A DNA stretch of 18,541 bases, taken from the NCBI GenBank assembly GCA_029258835.1, contig JAPDJY010000003.1:1-18541 (forward strand), read 5' to 3'. Positions within the stretch are counted from its first letter, which is position 1, and the number at the start of each line of letters is the position of its first letter. The position numbers and the translations under genes were made by a program. Shown piece after piece: positions 1 to 7,506 of this stretch. Source of the stretch: Thermoproteota archaeon. Lineage in GTDB: Archaea; Asgardarchaeota; Jordiarchaeia; Jordiarchaeales; Freyrarchaeaceae. The notes below the pieces were generated by a model. It did not search any database. It was given only the letters and a program-made list of their open reading frames with translations, and was not told the DNA's origin.

Positions 1-115
1 TATCCCCCACCCTGGCGCTGACGTTGCCGGAAGTCCCCTCAACCAGCCCACTCCGAACCATATCCCTAGCAACCCTAACAATCTCCTCACCAACCCTTCT
101 CACTTCTCCATCCAC
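1..115 (-). CDS. Class II aldolase/adducin family protein (L-fuculose-phosphate aldolase-like), N-terminal fragment running off the window edge
   Basis: Not in the ORF track. Manual translation from GTG at 115 gives MDGEVRRVGEEIVRVARDMVRSGLVEGTSGNVSARVGD. GTSGNVSAR is the class II aldolase phosphate-binding signature. GGAGGT RBS lies at 122-127 on the minus strand. Confidence 0.85.
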   Translation of the reverse strand, partial: MDGEVRRVGEEIVRVARDMVRSGLVEGTSGNVSARVGD

Positions 116-675
116 GCTAGAACCTCCCAGTCACGTATAGTCCCACCTAAAGTGGAAGCCCGCCTCTCTTATTTTTTCCGGTAGGTGACGAGCCGTCCCC
201 GCCCGGTCGCCCTCGGAGCGTCATCCATCTCAGCCATAACCCAGGACACCCTCGGCCTCCACCCCCTCATAGGAGGATTCGTAGAGTGTCCTGTAGCGGA
301 ATGGCTGGACGGTGGCTTAGCAGCATACCCCTCACCTGCGAGCAGAACACTTTCTCCAGTCGGGTTGCTGCCTCCCACCGCCCTTACACTGTTAAGGGGG
401 TAAGGGGAGAGCTACGTACGGGCAAGGCCTCCTCCTCAACCCGGGCTTCACTCTGCGCGAACCCACCTTCAGCTGCTCCACCAGCTTACACTCTTCCTGA
501 ACGTTGCGTTACCGTCCATGGTGAACCGTTTAACCCTGCGGTGCTTAAGCGATAAATTGGCCGTGCAACCGGCCGCCTCAAGTCACCGACAGCAATACTA
601 GCTACCTCTCGTAATAGGGAGCTCTCCTGCAGAAGCATTCACATTATGTTTACAGTGCTTCAGTTGGGTGATGGC

Positions 676-762
676 TTGGCGATGATAACGGTCAGGGTCG
701 ACGAGGACGCCGCCTTTCAACTCTCAGGATCACGGCTCCTTCCCGAGAAGGTTTTCTCTTAG
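676..762 (+). pseudogene. Possible truncated ribbon-helix-helix (VapB/CopG-like) antitoxin remnant
   Basis: GGTGA RBS followed by TTG-GCG-ATG-ATA-ACG-GTC-AGG-GTC-GAC-GAG-GAC (MAMITVRVDED), which resembles the beta-ribbon start of archaeal RHH antitoxins. The similarity then stops and the frame runs antisense into the end of the hydrolase gene. Confidence 0.3.
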
Positions 763-1620
763 AAACTCGGACTCCATCTTTACGACCTCGCTGAAGACGG
801 GGTCGAAGTAAACGTCAAAGTGTCCCACGTCCAAGCCTACCACTTTCACGTTTCTCATTTTACTTGCGGCCTTCTCGACGGCTCCAGGCGGAATCAGCGT
901 ATCCCTCTTCGCGTAGACGACGAGCACAGGACACCTAATCTTGGAAGCATGTCTTACCGGTCTGTAAAGGGGCACCGATAGGAGCGTCCTTGCGGGACAC
1001 TTGTTCTGCCAGGTGGAGCCCTCAGGTACAAGCGACAGGTACCCCTCCTTCGACCCCGGAGTGTTCATGACCGCGAACTCGTCCGGGTCTGATACCACGG
1101 GAACGTGATGCACCCTGCCGATGAGCGATGCCAGAGCGTCGGCTAAGCCGTGGGCTACTGCCCTCAGAGTAAACCCTAAGCCGAGGAGGGACGCCGTAGC
1201 CAGCCCGTCCACGAAGGGGACTTGGGATACGACCGCTGAGACATGCTGGTCCCGGGCTGCCGTGACCAAGACGTGACCCCCGCTGAAAGAGGTCCCCCAA
1301 AGCGCCACCCTCCCCCCGTCAACCTCTTCTAGGCTGCGTACGTGGCTGAGCGCCGCCTCCCAGTCCTCCAGCTGCCTCTTAGGGCTCACAAGGTTCCTCG
1401 GCTCCCCTTCACTACCCCCGAAGTGCCTGTAGTCGAAGAGGAAAACAGCTAGACCCTCCCTGCAAAACACCTCAGCGAAAGCTGGGAGGCGGAAGCTTCT
1501 CTCTGCAGCGAAGCCGTGAGCCATGACGACAACAGGGGGACTCCTTACTCCCTCAGGAATGTAGAGCCACCCGGCACACCTCAAACCACCACTAACAAAG
1601 TCTGAATCTAACCTTTTCAA
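730..1620 (-). CDS. Alpha/beta-fold hydrolase (COG1073-like)
   Basis: HGF oxyanion motif (VVVMAHGFA), FDYRHFGGSEGEPR, nucleophile elbow WGTSFSGG, catalytic Asp (KRDTLIP) and His (GHFDVY). TTG start with GAGGTG RBS. Confidence 0.93.
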   Translation of the reverse strand: MKRLDSDFVSGGLRCAGWLYIPEGVRSPPVVVMAHGFAAERSFRLPAFAEVFCREGLAVFLFDYRHFGGSEGEPRNLVSPKRQLEDWEAALSHVRSLEEVDGGRVALWGTSFSGGHVLVTAARDQHVSAVVSQVPFVDGLATASLLGLGFTLRAVAHGLADALASLIGRVHHVPVVSDPDEFAVMNTPGSKEGYLSLVPEGSTWQNKCPARTLLSVPLYRPVRHASKIRCPVLVVYAKRDTLIPPGAVEKAASKMRNVKVVGLDVGHFDVYFDPVFSEVVKMESEFLRENLLGKEP

Positions 1621-1668
1621 TCGCTAACACCTCGCAACCATCTCCACCCCCTAACCAATAAAAAACGG

Positions 1669-1696
1669 TATTTAACAGTTATTTAACTTTTTTAAG
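1669..1696 (-). promoter_or_regulatory. Putative BRE-TATA promoter of the hydrolase, with a duplicated TTAAATA
   Basis: Minus strand reads AAAAAAG-TTAAATA-ACTG-TTAAATA. TATTTAAC is repeated at 11-bp spacing on the plus strand, ~50-70 bp upstream of the TTG. Confidence 0.5.
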
Positions 1697-1780
1697 CTGT
1701 CCACGCTACACACTTCTAGAAGGGGTAAACCGCTGGGTGGCTCTGAAGCTCTAACCGGCGGCGTCCTACGAATCCCCCCA

Positions 1781-1797
1781 AGAAACTTTTTAATATT
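1781..1797 (+). promoter_or_regulatory. Putative BRE-TATA promoter of the HAD gene
   Basis: AGAAAC-TTTTTAATAT ~35-45 bp upstream of the TTG at 1831. GGAGGTG RBS at 1819-1825. Confidence 0.55.
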
Positions 1798-1830
1798 TCA
1801 CGCTTTAGGTTAACGACTGGAGGTGTGTTC

Positions 1831-2496
1831 TTGCCTGTTAGGGCTGTTGTGTTTGACGTTGAGGGGACTCTCTTCAAGTCTAAGAGTTTGACGGATGCTT
1901 ACCGTAACCAGGTTTTGAGGCTCCTATCGGAGAAGAAGGGGTTAAGCGGGGAGTCGCTCATCAGCGAGCTTCGGAGGGTTATGGAGGAGCTTAGAAGGGA
2001 GGGCTACGTTGAGCGTCCCCCCTCAACCCTCATAGCGGAGAAGCTCGGCGTGACGAGGGAGGAGTTCTACGGAGCCATAGACAGGGTTGACCCTGCCGAG
2101 CACGTTGCCCCCGATCCAGAGCTCGCGTCGATGCTTAGAGAGATGAAGAACTCGTTTAAACTCGCCGTGCTAACCAACCTCAGCCGTAAGGGGTTAAGGG
2201 GGGTGCTCAGCGCGCTGGGCTTAGGCGAGGAGCTGTTCGACGTCGTCTTGACAGCCGACGACCTTGACCTCTTGAAACCTCACCCATCAGCATTCAAGAA
2301 GGTTCTTGAAAGCCTCGGGGTTAAACCGGAGGAAGCCGTAATGGTGGGCGACATAGTGGAGTCGGACCTTGCCCCAGCGAAGGAGCTGGGCATGAAGACC
2401 ATCCTTGTAAGTGACAAGCCAGCAGACTCCCCACACGTCGACCTCACGGTTAAGCGGGCAGCGGAAATAAAGGACAGGATACGCCTCCTCCAATAA
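1831..2496 (+). CDS. HAD-superfamily hydrolase/phosphatase (subfamily IA-like) with a DxE motif I
   Basis: Motif I FDVEGTL, motif II VLTN, motif III LKPHP, motif IV MVGDIVESD. Start moved to TTG 1831 because the GGAGGTG RBS overlaps the track's start at 1825. Confidence 0.92.
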   Translation: MPVRAVVFDVEGTLFKSKSLTDAYRNQVLRLLSEKKGLSGESLISELRRVMEELRREGYVERPPSTLIAEKLGVTREEFYGAIDRVDPAEHVAPDPELASMLREMKNSFKLAVLTNLSRKGLRGVLSALGLGEELFDVVLTADDLDLLKPHPSAFKKVLESLGVKPEEAVMVGDIVESDLAPAKELGMKTILVSDKPADSPHVDLTVKRAAEIKDRIRLLQ

Positions 2497-2529
2497 CCTT
2501 CTCGTCGCCGCCCCCCAACCTCCTCCACC

Positions 2530-4047
2530 TCAGAACCCTAAACCTACGACCTTACCGTAGAAGCGTCTCCATCTGGAGTACAACTCCTCGTACTCCTTGC
2601 TTCTCTCCCGTGATGGATGGATGCTCTCCCCCTCTTTCACCATCCCCTCCAACGCCTCATCGAAGCTCTTGTAGACTCCCGCCCCCTTAGCGACGCAGAC
2701 GGCGCATCCAAGCGAGCTTCCCTGCTCCACGAGGGGGCTGGAGACGGGTAGCCCGGTAACGTCCGAGATAAGCCTCAGGAAGAATCTGCTCCTTGCCAGC
2801 CCACCGGTCACCTTTAACTCCTCCACCTCCCTCCCCGAAACCTCCTGAAGCTGCTCGCAGTTCCCCCTAACGGCGAATGCCATGTTTTCGAGGAGAGCCC
2901 TGAAAACCTCCCCCTTGGTGACCGTTCCTCTAACCATGATGAAGGGGGGGAACGATATTGTTGGAGGGAAAACCCTGATTCCCCCGCTATAATCCATCAC
3001 CTGCGGCCCCATGGACGCCATTATCCCGCCAGCGCCAACAGGCGCCTCCTCCGCCATCCTGAATAGCTCATCGTAAGGGTTTAACCCTTTCCCCTCCGCT
3101 TCCTCCATTTCTTTCCCCGCCAACTCTTCCTTGAACCACTCGACAAGCCTGCCCATGACTCCTGCGATGCTCTCGAGAACCCATCTGCCAGGAAGAACGT
3201 GGCAGCTAGTCCAAATCCTCATTTCTGGGTCTATAAGCGGGCTGGAGAGCACCATCTGAATCGGCGCCGTGGTTCCAGCAACAACGCATACGTCTCCGTC
3301 ATCCTTCGCCTTGGACGCTAGGACGGCGCACTGGGTGTCCCCTCCACCCATCACGACGGGCGTCCCCTCCGGTATCCCTGTTTCCCTGCTCGCTTCCTCA
3401 GTCACCTCCCCCACCACCTCGCCCGCACTAACAACCTTTGGAAGCTGCTCGACGTCAACCCCCAGCTCGTCCAGCATCCTCCTCGACCACTCAAGCCTTG
3501 AAACGTCGAACATAACCGTTTCAGCCGCGTTTGAGAGGTCCGTAGCGTATTCCCCACATAACTTGAAGGTAACCCAGTCGTTCAAGTTGAGGAACCTGCT
3601 AATCCTAGCGTAGACGTCCGGCCTCTCCATTTTAAACCATAAGATCCTTGCAGGCATGAATAGTAGGGGGGGCCAGTGACCAGTTATCCTGTGGAGGCCC
3701 CGTCCAACCTTCTCGATGATGAGGTGCTGGACTGTCAGCCCCCTTGCATCCGTGTTTGGCCCGGCGTAAACCGGCCTTCCCTCCCTATCCGTGAAGACGG
3801 TTGCGTACCTCTGGCTGGTGACGCCGACGCCGACGACCCTTCCCCCCATCCCGCTCCTATTGATCATTGATGCAATGCTCCTCCAGAGGACCTCAGCGTC
3901 CAGCTCCATTCCAACCCCCATGAGCTCCCTCGGAAAAGAGTAGCTCATCCTAACGGATGAGAAGTAAGCGTACTCTCCCTCCCCGCTTACTAACGCAACC
4001 CTAGCTGAGCCACTTCCAACATCGACGACAGCCAGTAACTCCTTCAA
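2530..4047 (-). CDS. FGGY-family carbohydrate kinase, LsrK (AI-2 kinase)/YoaC-like
   Basis: VVDVGSGSAR phosphate loop, NTDAR, DLSNAAET, GTPVVMGGGDTQ, TGGLARS, FRALLENMA. Start moved to TTG 4047 behind GGTGGTGA. Confidence 0.92.
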   Translation of the reverse strand: MKELLAVVDVGSGSARVALVSGEGEYAYFSSVRMSYSFPRELMGVGMELDAEVLWRSIASMINRSGMGGRVVGVGVTSQRYATVFTDREGRPVYAGPNTDARGLTVQHLIIEKVGRGLHRITGHWPPLLFMPARILWFKMERPDVYARISRFLNLNDWVTFKLCGEYATDLSNAAETVMFDVSRLEWSRRMLDELGVDVEQLPKVVSAGEVVGEVTEEASRETGIPEGTPVVMGGGDTQCAVLASKAKDDGDVCVVAGTTAPIQMVLSSPLIDPEMRIWTSCHVLPGRWVLESIAGVMGRLVEWFKEELAGKEMEEAEGKGLNPYDELFRMAEEAPVGAGGIMASMGPQVMDYSGGIRVFPPTISFPPFIMVRGTVTKGEVFRALLENMAFAVRGNCEQLQEVSGREVEELKVTGGLARSRFFLRLISDVTGLPVSSPLVEQGSSLGCAVCVAKGAGVYKSFDEALEGMVKEGESIHPSRERSKEYEELYSRWRRFYGKVVGLGF

Positions 4048-4301
4048 CCTCTCACCACCAACACTTCCCTGAAAGGAGCGGAAAGCCAGCGTGCAGTCCA
4101 GAATCATTTTCTCCTCGAAGCCCTTTTAACTCTTGCCGGGATCCTCTTACCCGCCTCCACGCCTCCCAGAGGAAGCTTCAGCCTTCGCCCTCGAAGACCA
4201 GCTTCCCCTCTTCAACCCGTGAAGGGGGTTTCAGTCCCAGATTAAGTTCTTCAGTCATCCTCTTCTCCACGTCCCGATGGACAACCTATCTATGGCCTTC
4301 C

Positions 4302-5318
4302 TTAGTTGCCTCCACTCCTCCTTAATACTTCCGGGTTAAGTATGTTTTTGGGTTTGCCTCCCTTCACGACCTCCCTTATGTCTTCTGCCACCATCACACT
4401 CTGCCTTCTCACCACTTCGTACGTGTTCCCCCCTATGTGAGGGGTTAACACGACGTTGTCTAGGGTCAGGAACCTGTTGTCCGACTGTGCAGGGTCCTGC
4501 TGGACGACGTCTAGGCCTGCGCCGGCTATCCATCCCTCCTTCAGCGCCTTGAAGAGTGCGTCCTCGTCCACTATTCCACCCCTTGCAAGGTTCACGAAGA
4601 AGGCGGTGGGCTTCATGGCTGCAAAGTGCTCCTCCCTTATCATCCCGGCGGTCTCCGGTGTGAGCTTGCAGTGGACCGTTACGACGTCCGACTCCTTGAA
4701 CAGCTCCTCCAGCCCCACCATCCGCCCATCGACAGCCTTAACTCTCTTCGGGTCAACGTACGGGTCGTAGACTAGTAGTTCAACATCGAATGCTTTAAGC
4801 CTCTTGGCGACCTCGAACCCTATCGCCCCAAGCCCTATTATCCCAACCTTCTTGCCCTTAAGCTCGAACCCTACGATGGCGTTGTAGACGTCTAAGAAGT
4901 CGCCTTCACTGGCGTACTTCACCCTCCCAGACTTTAGAATCCTGTCGGCTTTAACAATCCTCCTCATGGCCGCGAGCATCAGGGCAATCGTGAGCTCGGC
5001 GACGGAAACCGTGTTCCTCCCTGGAGCGTAGACCACAGGGATCCCCTTCGCGGTAGCCGCTGCGACGTCGACGTTGTAGGGGTCACCCCTACATGAAGCT
5101 ATAACCTTTAAGTCGCACCTTTCAATGGTGTCCCTGGTGACGAAGTCGGCCTCGACAACTAGCACGTCCGCCCCGACATTCTCGATCAGCGATGCAAGCT
5201 CACCGCCATCCAGGTAGATCTTCCTGGTCTCCCTCCAGCTTCTATACTCGACGTCCATGAGCTCCCTGAGAACTTTTAACCCGTCCTCGTGGAAGGCGGC
5301 AGTAACCAAGCACTTCAC
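4302..5318 (-). CDS. yoaD: D-isomer-specific 2-hydroxyacid dehydrogenase, YoaD-like
   Basis: Rossmann GIIGLGAIG..VYDPY, NLARGG, TPHIGG. The N-terminal pattern LVTA..EDG...Y.SW.E and CRG.P.NVDVAAA...GIPV.Y.PGRN matches Bacillus subtilis YoaD as I recall it. Start moved to GTG 5318. Confidence 0.9.
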   Translation of the reverse strand: MKCLVTAAFHEDGLKVLRELMDVEYRSWRETRKIYLDGGELASLIENVGADVLVVEADFVTRDTIERCDLKVIASCRGDPYNVDVAAATAKGIPVVYAPGRNTVSVAELTIALMLAAMRRIVKADRILKSGRVKYASEGDFLDVYNAIVGFELKGKKVGIIGLGAIGFEVAKRLKAFDVELLVYDPYVDPKRVKAVDGRMVGLEELFKESDVVTVHCKLTPETAGMIREEHFAAMKPTAFFVNLARGGIVDEDALFKALKEGWIAGAGLDVVQQDPAQSDNRFLTLDNVVLTPHIGGNTYEVVRRQSVMVAEDIREVVKGGKPKNILNPEVLRRSGGN

Positions 5319-5356
5319 AAAACCACCCCACCACGAAAACAAAGGTATTGGCATTA

Positions 5357-5372
5357 GAAATATAAACTCTCC
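5357..5372 (-). promoter_or_regulatory. Putative TATA box of the dehydrogenase-kinase unit
   Basis: Minus strand GGAGAG-TTTATATT, ~42-50 bp upstream of GTG 5318. Confidence 0.55.
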
Positions 5373-5410
5373 CTTCCCCAGCTAGGAGCGTCCTCAACGT
5401 TTGCCTGAAG

Positions 5411-5449
5411 GGAGGATGAACTAGCCTCCAAGTGAGGCTAAACCCCTCC
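5411..5449. repeat. Inverted repeat TAGCCTC-N5-GAGGCTA with an outer GGAGG/CCTCC stem
   Basis: Perfect 7-bp arms at 5422-5428 and 5434-5440; outer arms at 5411-5415 and 5445-5449. Confidence 0.55.
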
Positions 5450-5512
5450 TCGAAGCATCCCCCGTAATCGTTGACAGCGACCTGTGTCCCCCATCGCGGC
5501 GCCGTAGCACCC

Positions 5513-5917
5513 TCATAGAGGTGTGAAGTAAACCTTCCAGACCCCTGCCTCGTCCCTCCCCGCCTCCGCTTTAACCTTCATCCCAACCCTTGGAAGGCCC
5601 TCCCCCTTAAACCATCCCATCACCCTGAACTCTCCGAACCTGGCTATAACTATGGTGTATGGTTCCCCGGTGAACTCGAACCCCTGAGGGGGGCGATGGA
5701 TCTGGGTGAAGCACTCCACCACTCCCTCCCCTCCAACCTCAACCCACTCCATGTCGCTCGAGTAACAGTTGCTGCAGTCCGCTTGGGGAGGGTAGAAGCT
5801 CGCCCCACACGCCCTACACTTCGTCCCGTATATTTTCCCCTCCTCCAGCCCCCTCCAGTACCTTTCAACCCTTGCAACGGGCAGCTTATGCTCTAATACG
5901 AGGGTTCTACTCTCCAT
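5513..5917 (-). CDS. DUF35 Zn-ribbon/OB-fold protein (thiolase partner)
   Basis: YWRGLEEGKIYGTKCRACG..FYPP..DCSNC Zn ribbon, then an OB fold (G.VECFT.I..PP.GF...PY). The ATG at 5917 sits 2 nt after the thiolase stop. Confidence 0.92.
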   Translation of the reverse strand: MESRTLVLEHKLPVARVERYWRGLEEGKIYGTKCRACGASFYPPQADCSNCYSSDMEWVEVGGEGVVECFTQIHRPPQGFEFTGEPYTIVIARFGEFRVMGWFKGEGLPRVGMKVKAEAGRDEAGVWKVYFTPL

Positions 5918-5919
5918 GC

Positions 5920-7086
5920 TCACACCTCGAGGATGAAGACCCATCCAAAATGGCCTGTTCCACCTATGTTATGGGTTAGCCCCCTATAACTCTTAAGGTC
6001 CACTTGGAGGCTTCCAGCCTCCCCGCGAAGCTGCTTAACAACTTCGTACACCATCGCTACGCCTGTGGCGCCTAGAGGGTGTCCCTTCGCCTTTAACCCG
6101 CCGAAGGTGTTCACCGGGAGGCTCCCCCCAAGGTCGGACTCTCCTTCCTCAACGAACCTTCCCCCCTCCCCCTTCCTGCAGAATCCAAGATCCTCGTAAG
6201 CCATTATCTCGGCTATGGTGAAGCAGTCGTGGACCGAGGCAACGTCAAGCTGCCTTAAAGGGTCCTCTATGCCAGCCATCCTGTAGGCCATACGTGCAGC
6301 CTCAACGCTCGCCTTCAACCCACCATAATACTTCCTCCTTGAAAGGTTGGCAGTGTCACCGCTATAACCCACCCCACTTATCCAAACAGGGCTCTCCGCC
6401 CCAAGCTCCCTCACCCTCCGCTCACTAGCCAGCACGGCCGCCGCTGCCCCATCACTTATAGGGCTACAGTCGAAGAGTCGGAGGGGGTAGGCTACGTATC
6501 TCGACGATAACACCTCCTCTACGGTCACCTCCCTCTGAAAGTGAGCTTTAGGGTTTCGCGCAGCGTTCCTGTGGTTCTTAACAGCCACCATGGCCATCTG
6601 TCTTTCGGTGGTTCCGTAGGCAGCCATGTGGGCTGTGGCGTGCATGGCGTAATGGCCGGGGAACGTTGTGCCGTACTGGTGGAACTCCCACAGGTAGCTG
6701 CCAGCCCTACCCCCAACAGCCAGAGACGTGGCGGTGTCAACCTCAGTCATCTTCTCGCATCCGATGGCTATCGCGACGTCCACCACCCCCGCCTTTATGC
6801 TCGAGTAGGCGGCGTACACGGCTGCACTACCGCTTGCACAGGCGGCCTCAACCCTCAACGCCCCCTTCCCAGCAAATCCGCAGTACTCGTTCACGGGAAC
6901 TGCTGGCATCAGCTCGTAGCTTCTAGTCCCAGCCGTCCCAACGACGCTCAGCTCCACATCCTCCCTCGTAACCCCCGCGTCCCGCATAGCCTCTCTAACA
7001 GCCTCAAACGCCACTTCCTGCAGCGTAGCATCCCTCCTAACCCCAAACTTGGAGCATCCAACCCCTATCACACCAACCTTCACCAT
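5920..7086 (-). CDS. Thiolase (acetyl-CoA C-acyltransferase), SCP2/archaeal type
   Basis: VEAACASGS catalytic Cys, HDCF, GGLKAKGHPLGATG, HNIGG. Start moved to ATG 7086 behind GGAGGT. Confidence 0.95.
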   Translation of the reverse strand: MVKVGVIGVGCSKFGVRRDATLQEVAFEAVREAMRDAGVTREDVELSVVGTAGTRSYELMPAVPVNEYCGFAGKGALRVEAACASGSAAVYAAYSSIKAGVVDVAIAIGCEKMTEVDTATSLAVGGRAGSYLWEFHQYGTTFPGHYAMHATAHMAAYGTTERQMAMVAVKNHRNAARNPKAHFQREVTVEEVLSSRYVAYPLRLFDCSPISDGAAAAVLASERRVRELGAESPVWISGVGYSGDTANLSRRKYYGGLKASVEAARMAYRMAGIEDPLRQLDVASVHDCFTIAEIMAYEDLGFCRKGEGGRFVEEGESDLGGSLPVNTFGGLKAKGHPLGATGVAMVYEVVKQLRGEAGSLQVDLKSYRGLTHNIGGTGHFGWVFILEV

Positions 7087-7357
7087 CCTACCTCCGAAGA
7101 CGGAATGCTGGATCACATGCGACTCCACAAAACAGCTACACATCCTCTTGCAGCCACCGCTTTTATCGGTTTCGACGTGTACGCGACGAAAAACTGCAAC
7201 GCGGGGAGTGCTCATTAGCCGCCTCAACCACCATCGAAAATCATGAAGAGCAACGGCTCCCCAGGTACCATCTAAAGCAGCGTTTTAGCCGTGGGATGCG
7301 GCAGGTAGCCGCGGAGACAGCCGCCATAAACGACCCTCCCTAGCTGCTCCGACCGTT

Positions 7358-7396
7358 TTGCAGGGGTTGGCATGCGGTGACAAGCCCCCTCTGCAA
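7358..7396. other. Imperfect hairpin in the intergenic region 3' of the HEAT-PCI gene
   Basis: TTGCAG-GGG-TTG-g-CAT-gcg-GTG-a-CAA-g-CCC-cct-CTGCAA: nested complementary arms. Confidence 0.35.
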
Positions 7397-7506
7397 CCCT
7401 CACAACACTACTGCATCTTTTCCGGCTGGATGCCCCCACCATCCTATTTAGGCGGCCCCCCTCCGGGTCTTCCGCTTACGTGGCGAGTAGCCGTTGAAGC
7501 CTCCGT

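Noticed and set aside
169-555. Three short overlapping ORFs (169..378 -, 185..403 +, 286..555 +)
   Set aside because: No recognisable motifs, atypical composition and mutual overlap; more likely decayed or non-coding DNA.
7087-7227. 47-aa N-terminal extension of the thiolase in the ORF track (likewise extensions at 4048-4107, 5319-5354, 5918-5944 and 12772-12822)
   Set aside because: Downstream starts have good RBSs and coincide with where family homology begins.
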